DNA of 64,000 bases, from NCBI RefSeq assembly GCF_963921235.1, contig NC_086108.1, positions 21,204,001 to 21,268,000 on the forward strand, read 5' to 3'. This DNA is from Mobula hypostoma (taxonomy: Eukaryota). Below the pieces are notes generated by a model. The model saw nothing but the letters and a program-made list of their open reading frames with translations. It was not told where the DNA came from and did no database searches. Shown piece by piece: positions 50,692-63,602 of the stretch. The translations under genes were made by a program, and so were the position numbers. The stretch's first letter is position 1. Every line of letters begins with the position of its first letter.

Positions 50692-51502
50692 GTAAGCAGG
50701 CAAATAACTGCATCCAAACATCTGACTCCCAGTTTCATCAGAAAAGGTTCCGAGACTATTAAGCAAAAAAGTAGCTATGACTAAATTGAACTTCTTCAAT
50801 GTTTGAAACAGACATTGTCTACAAATGTTCCCTCTCCCTAGCCATCAAGATACAAATGTGTGGATGAAAGTCTGAAGTGTTTTAATGGAAGTGTCAATTG
50901 TTGCTGCCAGATTTTGTGCTCCTAGGGATGAAGGTTGGTTAATATTGGGGCATGTGTCCAGTGCTGTCTTCAAACATTTCCAACATGCCAATTACTGAGC
51001 TTAAATGGTGGTGCTGCTTTTCTATGTTATTGTAACTTAATCTAGTTTGCCAATCCCCGCAGAAGAATTTCTCTGTGATTCCTCTGCCAGGACAGAAGAG
51101 CTGGGTTCAGTTGTCCAATACACAAAGTTGATGAAAATGTAACCTAGCGCTTCCAGTGACCTTTAGCCCACAAAAGATTAAGTTTTTTCAACACTGCTCC
51201 AACAATGAGCCACACACTCTTGGGGGGAAAAAAACACATCCCACTATTTCAGCAAGTGCCAATTTTCCATTTCCTAATTTACTCTGAGCATATTCACTCT
51301 ACTAGCGCCAAATTAAGCACTTTGTGTTACGTGCTCAGTGCCCAATCCAAACAAAGCTGAAACTGCCCAAATTCATTTCGGCCTAAGATTCTAAAGAATA
51401 GGCCAACAGATCTAATCAGCCCGAGCTGTTTTCAGCCTGATCTCTGAAGACAAAGTGTCAAGGCTATGCTTCTTAATGTGGCAGGACTACCACTGTTTTA
51501 GG

Positions 51503-52845
51503 ACATAGAACAGTGCAGGCCCTTTGGCCCACATTGTTGAGTCAACCCTTTAACCTATACCGAGATCAATCTAACCCTTTCCTCCTACATAACTCTCCAT
51601 TTTTCTGTCATCCATATGCCTATCTAAGAATATCTTAAACATCCTTAATGAATCTTGAACTGACCTGCCCCTCACAAAGCCAAGTTGATTATCCTTAATC
51701 ATACTTTGCTTCTCCAAATGTTCATAAATCCTGTCTCTAAGAATCCTCTCTAATAGTTTGCCCACCACTGATATAAGACCCACCAGTCTCTAATTCCCAG
51801 AGTTATCCTTATTACCTTTCTTGAACAAAGGAATAATATTTGCCACCTTCCAATCTTCTGGCACTACTCCTGTGGCAAGTGAGGACACAAAGATCATTGC
51901 CAAAGGTGCTGCTCTTCCCTTACTTCCCATAGTAACCTGGGGAATATCTCATCGAGACTGGGGGACTTATCTATCCTCAGTTTTTTTTCAAAAGTTCCAG
52001 CACACCTTTTTCTTAACATTGACATATTCCAGCATATCAGTCTGTTCTATGCTGACCCTATATCTGTCAAGGTCCCTTTCACTGGTGAATACTGAAGCAA
52101 AATATTCATTAAGGACCTCCCTCGCCTCCTCAGACTCCAGGCGCATTTCCTCTTTTGTTCCTGATCAGTCCGACCCTCACTATAATCATCATCCTGTTCT
52201 TCACACACATGTAGAATGCCTTGGGGTTTTCCATAATCCTACTTACTAAGATCTTCTCATGTCTCCTTCTAGCTCTCCTAAGACCCTTCCTAGCTACCTT
52301 ATATCCACAGCCCTGTCTGATCCTTTCTTCCTAAACCTTAAGTATGCTTCTTTCTTACTCTTGACTAGATGTCTTGGCATCTCTTGTCAAGTCCCGGTTC
52401 CTTCACCCTACCATCCTTTCCCTGCCTAAATAGGACAAACCTATCCAGAACCATATCTAAGTTCTCTCTAAGCAACCTCCACATTTTGGAAACGAGAAAA
52501 TCTGTAAATGCTGGATATCCGAGCAACACACACAAAATGTCCTGCCAAAGGGTTCTGGCCCGAAACATCAACTGTACTCTTTTCCTAGATGCTACCTGGC
52601 CTGCTGAGTTCCTCCAGCATTTTGTGTGTATTGCTGCACATTTTGGAAGTACGTTTTCCTGAGTACATCCATTCCCAATTTATGCTCCCAAGTTCCTGCC
52701 TAATAGCATCAGAGTTCATCTACATACTGTGTCAGGAATACTTCCTGGGCACAACTAACAAATTCCAACCTATCTAAACCTTTTGCACTGAAGAGGGGCA
52801 AATCATATTAGCAAAGTTGAAGTCCTCCATGACAACAACCCTTTA
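51503..52845 (-). mobile_element. Older internally deleted CR1 fragment
   Basis: Peptides VVGKLLERILRDRIYEHLE and GKDGRVKEP; catagaa tail. Confidence 0.75.
52492..52636. mobile_element. Penelope-derived insertion with an inverted 5' segment, inside a CR1 fragment
   Basis: 12-bp TSD cacattttggaa at 52480-52491 and 52637-52648. Degenerate hammerhead at about 52539-52573. Confidence 0.8.
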
Positions 52846-55800
52846 TTGAAGTATCAATGACTGTAAGAATTTGGAGGTATGTGCGATAAGAAAATTTGAA
52901 AATATCAAGGGCTATCAATAGGGATGGTTGGAGATTGCTGTGAAATTTTGAAAGGGCCAAGGAATATTACAGTATGAAATTCACTAATGAAATTCAGAAA
53001 CACTCCCTGGCATTTTCCCAACTATTAGCCTTCTATAAGTGTGAACATGTATAGAGTGCCTTTCTTAACTCCAGACCATTCTAAAACATCTTACAGCTTT
53101 TAAAGTACTCTTGAAGTATATTCAGTGTTACAATAAATAATACGCAGTATCTAACCTAGGCACAAACTCCCAAAAGCAGCAAGCAGTGTTGACTTAGTGT
53201 ATTTCAGAGAAGTCAGTGAAGGGTTAAATATTAGTCAGAGTGTGAACATTGTTTTTCTTTGGGGAAAAAAAAGTGCCACTGGATCCAGTTGAGAGGCCTC
53301 AATGAGATTTTGGTGTCTGCACTGTGTCAGGGACATTTTCCATTGAAGGCCAGACATTTTATCGTAGTACTGAACAATGATGCAGGATTTCAACTCGAAA
53401 CATTGACAGATCCTTTCCTCACACGCATGGTGCTCAACTCGCTAAGTTCCTCCAGTGGATTTTTTGTTGCTCCTGATTCCAAAGTCTGCAGTCTCTTGTA
53501 TCTCCAGACACTCTGATAGAAGGTCCACAACCTCAGCACAAAAGTCTGATGTTCAGGACGAGAAGGAGGTGGTTGAGGAGGTAGAGGTGGAAGAGATTGG
53601 TGAGGAAGACCAGGATGTCAGACAGAGTCTTCAGGTACCATTCTATATCCTCCACAGGGTCTATAATAAAAGCAGACCAGCTTGCACCAGGCTAGTCAAC
53701 ATAGATATTCATGCCCCATTAAAGCCCTATTTTTCAGGTGAATATCTTGGCCTAGAGAAAAGGCCGACCATTTCTGATGATTAAAAGCAAATTCAAAGTA
53801 TCCTTCCTTCAAGTATTTCTCTGCCTTAATCAACCAAATAATACCAAAGGTTCCAACTGTATGAAAGGCAAAAATCAGCTAGCTTTATCATCAGCAGCCA
53901 TACTCATGAAGATTACTCACCTCATCATAGGAATCGTTTCAGCAGGAAAGTTTACAGAGAAGAGGCAAGTTTCTGCACTTGCGATTGGAATATTATTGAC
54001 ACAGTTGGCTTGCTTAGTATTAGCCAGAACAGAAAGACTTTTAAAATCTCTTACTCCTTCAGCTCAACTAAGAGATTCAGCAACTATATTGTGATGTTAG
54101 GCACCAAGTTATGAGAGTGCAGCTTTGAGTCCTGAGGAGATTCTTGGCAGATGGGACTGTAAACTATGGATTGTGCCAATTTTGAACTTGTGCTTTAACA
54201 TCACTATTTCAGTCAAACACCAAAGAAGACAGCACGATTCATGTCAGATGTCTAATACGTTAACCATCACCAGTGCAAGGGATGGGAATCTGTAAGATGA
54301 AATTCACTGGACTCCCTTGGGAATTTTTGGTGTCTCCAATTACGCTATCAAGAAGGCTACTCATTTGATTAAATCATTACATTGTCAGTACAATATTCTT
54401 TACACTCACCACACATACCTGAAAGAACATAGAATTTAAGTTTTATGTTACTCATTATGGTGTAGGTTCTAGGAAGGCTCTGCAACATAAAGCTTCCCCG
54501 GAAGGAAACTTAAGTGTCCAGGATAATAAAAACACTGGAAAAAATGTCCATTTACCCTACCAGTGGCAAATGCGGATTGCAGCCATTAAAATGTTTGTCC
54601 CTGACTACTTTAAACTTAATTGCAAACTAGCTTTCTTTCTCTTGTACCAATTCCATTGTATTGCAGATACTAAACAGAGCAGTCACCTCTTCGAAGTCTC
54701 TGGTTGTAATGCATTCATTACATGTAAAGATTACGCACAGAAAGTGCATTGCAATATGCAGTGTCCCTACTTTCTAAAGCCTCCCTTGTTATTCCAACTG
54801 TACATTTCATTCAAGCTATTGTACTAGATGAATTTGAGAAATTTTCAATTGATAAATCTTTGAAAGAAAAGTCAAATGGAATTTACCAGATGGATAATAA
54901 TGCTGGCAGTTCACCCACGTGCTGCTCCTTAGTGGTAATCTGACAATGGACTCACAGGTATTTTAGTTGCTGCCAGTGGTGGAAAGCTGCTACCGTTCAG
55001 TGTGTTGACAGCTAACTTAGGTTAGGTAAATGCCCATGTAAATTGTTATTAATTCAGAGCTCATACTTTATTGTATTAACCTAAATATCCATTTACGTTG
55101 ACTCCAAGCCAGTGATTCCTGAATGCTGTTTTTCCATCTATACCAGTGCTTACCTAGACCATCACTCCAACATGTAACATGGAAAAAGGGGATTTCCTGT
55201 TGGCCAAATAATTGATCCTTCTTCTCCTTGCCCCTGGTATGAGTTTCTTCCCTTCCAATAGTCAGTCTCCAGAGTTCCATTGCTCTGCATCTGAAATCCT
55301 TCATTATTATTCTTTTCTTATCAGTTCTGTACCAAAATGCTTTGTTTCTGTTGGTTCTGGTGAGCCTATGTCTACTCCTGATTGGCTCTTCTTCCAAGTA
55401 AGAATTTGCCTCTGATGCCATTCCCTTGTTTTTCCCTAAGTCAGGATATTTGAGACCAGTTCCAGCCAATTCAAGTCAAACACTTACGTTCACAGACACA
55501 GATAATTCTTCCATAAGTCTTCAGCAGTCAGCAGGGGCTTCTTTAAGCCCGCTTTCCATTGTTTCAATCCTCTATCTCTGAGCAAGAACCAGTTCAGAAA
55601 ATAGTCCACAAAATGGTGGTTGCTAGAACAGTTTCACAAAATAGAGGTCTTCATTCCTTCCATCATAATGCAACAACAAAGATTTTTTTTTTACTTACAA
55701 TGCCCCTGACTCATTCCACTTAGCTGTTTTGTAGAATTTTAATTCCTTTATCGCCAATAATTAGTAGCATTGCAGATAAATGACTATAGCCAGCGCTAAT

Positions 55801-56178
55801 TATCAAAGACTCATTTTGGGATTAAGTTGCCTTGATCTCAGCGACTGCAATGTTAGTTTAGCGAGCTGTGTTGGCATTGTATGAAGAGATGACACTTCCT
55901 AGCTCCACAATGCCAGTGACGCACTTCAGAGATCAGGTGTCCAATAGATTATCTGTGGTTTGACCACAAACGCACCACTGTAATCACGATTATCTACACC
56001 AAAGCGTACATTCATCTTTCAGAAGGTACTTGGTGGTAACTGGCATCTCACTGCTTCTGAAGAACAGCAGTTTACTACAGCGTTGCAGCAAATAGATCTG
56101 TGGTAGGAATTGCCACGAGAGTTGATTGAGGCACAAAGACTTTTGACAGGCAACTTGGTAGCTGAAAGTTGCTTCATT

Positions 56179-56667
56179 TTCTTTTTTCAACATTTTTATT
56201 GATATTATATGGATACAAATACAAAATTCCTAAGGATACAAGTAAATAATATGAATTATATTACATTTAAATCACAGTAATAGGATCACAGTATCCCATA
56301 TTCCAAATCAATCATGTATAAAAAAAGATTGAATTATGAAATGAAATGAAATAAAATTAAATAATTGTATTTTATTAAAATAATCTACCCCCACTACCAA
56401 AGTAAGCTGGTTGGTAAAAAAAAAGAAGAAAAAAGAAAAATACCTTACCATATGACATTATAATAATGGCTCAGATCCATACTTTAATAACAGTTCAAAG
56501 ATTGTGAAAATAATTCAGAAAGGGTCCCCATAACATTAGAAAATCATGTTTAGAATCAGAAATCGAACAATGAATCTTCTCTAGATCAAGGCACAACATA
56601 ACGTCAGATAGCCATTGAACATGACTGGGCGGGGTGGCCTCCTTCCACTTGGGTAAGATCACCCTCC
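56179..56667 (-). mobile_element. Tx1/L1-clade 3' fragment
   Basis: Minus strand resembles the same C-terminus (RRVILPKWKEATPP...CLDLEKIH). TSD tgcttcatt at 56170-56178 and 56668-56676. Confidence 0.7.
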
Positions 56668-56676
56668 TGCTTCATT

Positions 56677-57392
56677 GAATTGAAATGACTTTATTACTTA
56701 CTTCTTTCATATACATGAGGAGTAAACATCTTTATGTTATGTCTCTGTCTAAATGTGCAATGTGCAATTTATAGTAATTTATAATAAATAGTATGTACAA
56801 CAGGACAGTCAATATAGCATAGAAATACAGTTGAATTAAGCAAGCTGATGGCCTGGTGAAAGAAGCTGTCCTGGAGCCTGTTGGTCCTGGCTTTTATGCT
56901 GCGGTACTGTTTCCCGGATGGTAGCAGCTGGAATCGTTTGTGGTTGGGGTGACTCGGGTCTCCAATGATCTTTCGGGCCCTTTTTATACACCTGTCTTTA
57001 TAAATGTCCTGAACAGTGGGAAGTTCACATCTACAGAAGCTTGGGCTGTCCACACCACTCTGTAGAGTCCTGCAATTGAAGCAAGTACAGTTCCCATGCC
57101 AGGCAGCGATGCAGCCAGTCAGGATGCTCTCAATTGTGCCACCATAGAAAGTTCTTAGGATTTGAGAGCCCATACCAAACTTCTTCAGCCGTCTGAGGTG
57201 AAAGAGGCACTGTTGTGCCTTTCATACCACACAGCTGATATGTACAGACCACATGAGATCCTCGGTGATGTGTATGCCGAGGAATTTAAAGCTGTTCACC
57301 CTCTCAACAGCAGATCCATTGAAGTCAATAGGGGTTAGCCTGGCTCCATTCCTCCTGTAGTCCACAACCAGCTTCTTTGTTTTTGTGACATT
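56677..57392 (-). mobile_element. Rex1/Babar-like LINE 3' fragment
   Basis: ORF 56769-57173: FYGGTIESILTGCIAAWHGNC...DPSHPNH..LLPSGKQYRSIKARTNRLQDSFF. Confidence 0.8.
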
Positions 57393-58047
57393 GGCTGCTG
57401 TATCGGGGAACTGTCAATGCTTGCTGACTGACTGACACTGGCTCTGCTGAAATCTTGTGAGTGGCTGTAAATGAACTTCTCCATACTTCTTGGCATCTCT
57501 CACTTGATAGCAGGCAGGCTGGACAAGCACCATGTATTTCCAGATGGATATGCAACAGCCTTCTGTATATGTTTCCTTGCAAAGTCCTTATCCAAGTCTT
57601 CCAGGATAGAAGGGATACGTAACTTCTTTCTCGGAGGAATTAAAACTAGTCTCCTCATTTTTATGAATTAACTGTAGCTTGGTGCCTCTCCATAAGAAAT
57701 GTTCAAAAAAGTTCAAAGTGAATTTTATTATCAAAATAGATGTATGTCACCATATACAACCTGAGATTCTGTTCCTTGTGGGCCTACTCAACAAATTTAT
57801 AAAATAGTAACTATAACTGGATCAATGAAAGGTCAACCAGAGTGAAGAAGACAACAAACTGTGCAAATACAAATATAAATAAATAGCAATAAATAATGAG
57901 ATAACAAGTCCTTAAAAGTGAGATCATTGGTTGTGGGAATATTTCAATGATGGGGTAAGTGAGTGTAATTAACCCCTTTTATTCAACAGCCTGATGGTTG
58001 AGGGGTAGTAACTGGTGGTGCAAGTCCTGAAGCTCTTGTATCTTCTA

Positions 58048-59304
58048 ACCTTCACTTAGTGATCCTACCTTTTCTCTTTGGAGGAATAAAGGAATTTATT
58101 CCTTTATGGATTTGTTTCAAGAAGGCCGATTGATGTCCTTTGAGAAATTAGTAACTAAATACTCTCTTTCATACTCACACTTTTTGCAATATCTTCAGGT
58201 CAGACATTTTTTACAAGAATATTTAAGTAATTTCCATATATACAAGATTCTGACCTGTCAGACACTATTTTAAAAATGAACCCTTTAGTGAAAGGTTTTA
58301 TTGGGAAAATTTATAATTTTTACTATTACAACAGGATAATTATCCTCTATTTGAGATTAAGCAAGATTGGGAAAGAGAGCTTAACATGACCCTGATAACA
58401 GAGGATTGGTTGCAAATTTTGAAGTTGGTTAACTCTTCTTCGATTTGCGCCAGTCATTCTTCAATTCAATTTAAAATTGTACGTCATTATTATTTGACAA
58501 AGGAGAGACTGTCTAAAGTATTTCCTAATGTTAATAGTCAGTGTGATAGATGTAAAACTGAGATAGCTATATTGACACATATGTTTTGGTCATGTTCTGT
58601 ATTGAAACAGTTTTGGAAATCTATTTTTTCTACAATTTCTAAAGCTTTAAACATTAATATACAACCTAATAAATTGACATTTTTGTTTGGTATAATTCCT
58701 CAATATATTCATGGTATTTCTATATCAAACCAACATGTAATTGCATTTGTTACATTATTGGCTAGAAGGGCTATTTTATTGAAATGGAAAGATGCTTCTG
58801 CTCCCACTTTGATACAATGGTTCTCTCAGGTGATGCTATGTCTTAGGAAAAAATCTGAAGTCGAATTTTTGATCCTTGATTTGACTTTGAGAAAAGGTGT
58901 GGCTCTTTTGCCTGCTACTATCATTTGATTTGAGTTAATTAAGATGGTCCCCTTCTGATTCTTGGGTAAATGGATTTGGTTGGTGGATTGATGTCTTCTT
59001 TTTTATAGAAGCTTGTATGGCGTATAGCTCCGGGTTTGTGCTCCAAATGGTTTTTTTTTTCTTGTTTTTTTTTGTTAGCTGGGTTTTTTTTTGTTTTAGT
59101 TAGTAGGGGTTCTTTTTCCTTCTTTCTTTTTTCAAAAAAAAAGCTTTAACATTTTGTTTTTTTAAAATTATTATTATTGATATACTGTTTAGCTTGGTTA
59201 ATAGTTTGACTCCTATACATATTGATATATTGACTTGCTTATTTTAATATATTTTTTGTTGTCTATTTTCAATAATAATTAATAAAAAGATTTAAAAATG
59301 AAGA
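58048..59304 (+). mobile_element. Tx1/L1-clade LINE 3' fragment
   Basis: zf-RVT-like CDRCKTEIAILTHMFWSC, T-rich 3'UTR and AATAAA. TSD tgtatcttcta at 58037-58047 and 59305-59315. Confidence 0.85.
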
Positions 59305-60289
59305 TGTATCTTCTACCTGATGGGTAGAAGGTGTGTCTGTAATGCTGTCTGTTTAACCCTTGTGGTACTAATATCTGAGCTGATCTTGCTGGTGCCAGAA
59401 GTGATATGTTGTCCTCTTTCTCCTCATCTGCACTGTGCTCTGAATGTGTAAATAGCAGCTGGGTATTGGTGTCATCTGCAACTCTATAATGATAGAAATT
59501 AAAACCTAGACAAGTTTGGATAAGTGTCTTGTAGATATCAAATATACATAGTCATCTCACTCATTATTGAGAGTGGTAAAGGTACCTGAAATCACTGGTT
59601 AGAAATGTGCATAACTGCCTCAACTCCAGTTGGGTGTCCGGTTGGGAAACACAAGCTTACATTATCTCCAGGTCAGCTTTGGGACAGCAAGGTCCACCAG
59701 CGTGTTTTGACAGGACCTGTTCAAGTGGCTTCATTCTGCAAGGCTCAGGAAATTCTCCTGAAATTACTTGATTACCGAAGTTCAGTTGTGATTGTGTGTA
59801 ATATTTGTTGTGAGCTCTGTTTGAGTTAAGAACTGTTGAGTCAATGAGAAGTGAGTGTGTGTTTAAGAGAAAGAGACAGAGAGGAACGTGACACCAACTC
59901 TTACAGCATGAATTAATTTATGGAATTTTTTAATATGTTTCTCCTTGCTGAAGGGAGACTTGCTTCTAGATTTTCGATGCCTTTCCCTTTTCATGGTATA
60001 TACACAGCACGAATCATCCGCAACCTTATGCATAAAATATGATGATCTGTGGCAATGAAGCAGGAGTACATTCCTTCTCTGCATTGTGTTTATTGTGGCT
60101 ACTCGAGCTGTTTGCCCCACAGACATTTCTATCAATGGACAGAAGCTCTCTAAGAGCCTGAAATCTGACACCAATTAACTCATGAATGGGTCTACATGTA
60201 GCACAAGACTTGAGAATTAATGATCACTAACCTGGGAGTTAGCAAGGAAGCAAAGTGCTGTGAGCTCAATACATGCAAAGGTAGTACAT

Positions 60290-60495
60290 AAATACGAGAA
60301 AGTCTGCAAATGCTGGAAATCCAAAGCAACAAACACAAAATCCTGGAGGAACTCAGCAGGTCAGGCAGCATCTATGGAAATGAATAGATAGCTGACATTT
60401 TGGGCTGAGACCCTTCTTCAGGATTGAGAGGGAAGGGGGAATATGCTGATTAAAAAGGTGTGGGTGGGGAGAGGGAAGGAGGCTAGCTGGACGGT
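60290..60495 (-). mobile_element. Penelope-like terminal fragment
   Basis: Shared terminus and a degenerate hammerhead (CTGAAGAAGGGTCTCAGCCCAAAA on the - strand). Confidence 0.7.
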
Positions 60496-60643
60496 CCATA
60501 TCCCAGCATGTCAGCATTATCACATTCCAGCATTATTGGTTCTTGCAAGGTGAGGTATAATTTCTAGGCATCAGTATTTTACTTGGCAAAGCTGCAGTGT
60601 GACTTGCTAACCTGGGAATTGTCTGATTCTGATTTCTTTGAAG

Positions 60644-60866
60644 GAAAGGCATATCCACATACCTGAAAAGTTTAACAAAGAGCTCCTTTGGAAGAGGGGT
60701 GAAAACAAAGACACCAAACCAGTCACTGTGTTGCACACAGAGCAGAAGCAGTTTGAGAGACATCACAAACATAGGCATTCCCAAAGACCAACCATTATAC
60801 GAGCCACGTACTACAAGGCTAAAGCTTCAGAGGCAGTGGGAGATGAAGAGGTGGCAGAGGATGAGC
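60644..60866 (+). CDS. OLFML2B: OLFML2B coding exon 5; the gene continues beyond the window
   Basis: Acceptor gatttctttgaag|GAA. Translates ERHIHIPEKF...SQRPTIIRATYYKAKASEAVGDEEVAEDE, compared with recalled QPTVIRGITYYKAKVSEEE. Donor C|GTAAGT, phase 1. 223 nt. Confidence 0.88.
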
Positions 60867-61977
60867 GTAAGTGCACCAAAATGTTTCCTGTCATTGTGGA
60901 GATATGTTTTAAAGAAGAGCAACAGGTTATGAGTGAATTCAGATGTCCTGGTACTGTGAAGGTGTGAAAAATGAATCCAAGTTTCGTTCTTTCTTGCTTG
61001 ATAGAGATGAGGCAAATCTTTCCCCTTGATCATGGACATTTTCTGCATCACTGATTCATGAACCATTTCCTTTCACACATCCTCCTTACAATGCACCCAG
61101 TTACACATCTGTCTTTCATTAGTGCATTCTCACCTCCATCTTTCTTCCTTGAATGTATTTAGCCCGTTCTCACAAACTTTCTTATTTTTGTCATAGCATA
61201 GAGTGATTTATTTTGGCACAAGATCTTTGGTGATCCAGCAGTCTGAAAACAGCATTCGGGTTTGTCAAGGAAAATATTTGTCTGGGACCCTCTGAAGCTG
61301 TTGGCTGCTGCACAGTTTTGTCTGCAGAATCACATGTTTGGCTTCAGCCCAGCACTTTACAAAACAGCCACTATTACCCTTGCTGTTAAGGAAAATCAAA
61401 TCAGTTTCAATTTCTGTGCTGATCAAAATGCTGAACATACAGTTTTTTCATGCTTTATCCAGTTGCAGATAACAACTAAGGCAATGCAGAGCTTCTTGTA
61501 TTTTGCCGCTATGCACAAGCCTTAACAGCAAGCTTAGAATACCACTCCCAGTAGAGTGTAACACTATCTCTTCCAGTTCCAGTCACATTGCCAGATGTGG
61601 CCTTGGAGGAGGTCATAATTTTCAACCTCCAACCATCTCATTGCTTCACTGCTTCATCCACACTGCTTCTTGCCATTGGTTGAGATACATTCATTCCTGA
61701 AGCAGACTGCCAATCAGAATGCAGACAAATTGTTACCAGATTGGATGATTTCAGTCTGTCAGTTAACCAGCTCTTTCTCCATTGCAATTAGTTTTATTAG
61801 CAACAACCAAACTGCTCAAAGGACTTTTTTTGCCTCTACAGTATTATTGCCATTTGCTATAGCAAACATGATTTAAGATCCTGGGAATTCTGGAGGGCAA
61901 GCCATCATAAACTGCATTATTCTCTTAACAAGGATGGTCCAGTATCACATATGGGAAAACAATGAGTTTTCTAAGCT

Positions 61978-62774
61978 TTGACTACAAGAAGATAACCTCT
62001 CACTAAAGATTAAACAAGATTGGGAAAGAGAACTTAATATGACTCTTGTTAACGGAGATTGGTTGCGAGTTCTGAAAATGGTTAATTCTTCTTTGATATA
62101 TGCCAATCATTGTTTAATTCAATTTAAAATTGTTCACCGTTATTATTTAACAAAGGAGAGGCTATCCAAAATATTTCCTAATACAGACAATTATTGTGAT
62201 AGGTGTAAAAATGAAGTAGCTATTTTGTCACATATGTTCTGGTCATGTCCCTCATTGAAATCTTTTTGGAATTCTTTATTTTCTACAATTTCTAAAGCTT
62301 TGAAAATTAATTTACAACTTAATACATTGACTGCTCTATTTGGAATAGTTCCGCATCATATTCAGGGTATTTCATTTTCAAACCAACATGTAATTGCATT
62401 CGTTACATTGTTGGCAAGAAGGGCTATTTTATTGAAGTGGAAAGATACCGCTGCTCCTACACTAATTCAATGGTTTTCCCAAGTAATGTTATGTCTTAGT
62501 TTGGAAAAAATTAGAAGTAGAATGTTTGATCCCTGATTCGATTTTGAGAGAAGGTGGGGCTCTTTTGCCAAATATTATCATTTAATTTGGATTAATTTAT
62601 CTGGTTTCCTTCCAGTTTTATGTTATATAAATGTGATTTGGCGGTTGTTTTTTTTCTCTTTTATATATACTTATAGCTGATTGTAAGACGTATTGCTCTT
62701 GGAGTTGGTTCCTAATGGGTTTTTTTTGTAGTTAGTGGGGTTTTTTTTTCAGTTAGTTGGGGTTCTCTTTTTTC

Positions 62775-62820
<46 letters not shown>

Positions 62821-62948
62821 TTCATTAGCATATACAAGTTTTTTTTCCTTCAGCTTTATTAATTATATATATACTAATTTGTTGAACTTTGGTATTTTAT
62901 AGCTGTAGAAGATTATACTGTATATCAATAAAAAGATTTAAAAAATGA
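61978..62948 (+). mobile_element. Tx1/L1-clade LINE 3' fragment (related copy)
   Basis: CDRCKNEVAILSHMFWSC. 17-bp TSD aatgagtttt(c/a)taagct at 61961-61977 and 62949-62965. Confidence 0.85.
62779..62814. repeat. (TA)n microsatellite
   Basis: Directly visible, within the Tx1 3'UTR. Confidence 0.95.
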
Positions 62949-63602
62949 AATGAGTTTTATAAGCTATGTAACCAAATACCTTTGATATTTGCCCCTCTTT
63001 GCAAACCCATAAATTTGATTACAAGAAGTGCCATGCTGAATTGCCTTTCACTTTGTGTTGACTGGGAGAAAAGTGAAAGTGACTCCATGTTGTGAATGGA
63101 TAGGCTCCCAGTTGGTTATTAATTGGATGGATGGTCATTGACATTTAAAAGAGGATTAATTATTTATGCTTAAAGAACAGGATTTATGTAAAAAGTGTCA
63201 CCTGCAGCATTTTCTTAACTTGCAAGCTTTAGGGTAATTACAACTGTCATTAACAGTGGCCAGTTTAAATCAAAAGGGCCGTAGGTCACATAAATTCAAT
63301 TGGAATTCATTGCGTCAAGGGATCATATGATGACATTTCTAAAGCTGCCTCCGAACTTGTTCTTTGGAGTAGTTGTATATCTCAATAACCATCCAGCAAG
63401 GCAAAGAGTGACTAGCAATTCTGTAAATATGGATCTTCTTCAATTAGGCTGTACCCCTCTGCCCTGAGTGACTCCTGTGATGACCTAGAGCAATGAATTC
63501 TGAGCTGAAGTGAAACCTGGCCGTTAGCAATCTCACTGGTTAAGGATATTTGCTTTACAGTGGTTAGGTGTTTTGCATGTAATTGTTGACACAAAAGTAT
63601 AA

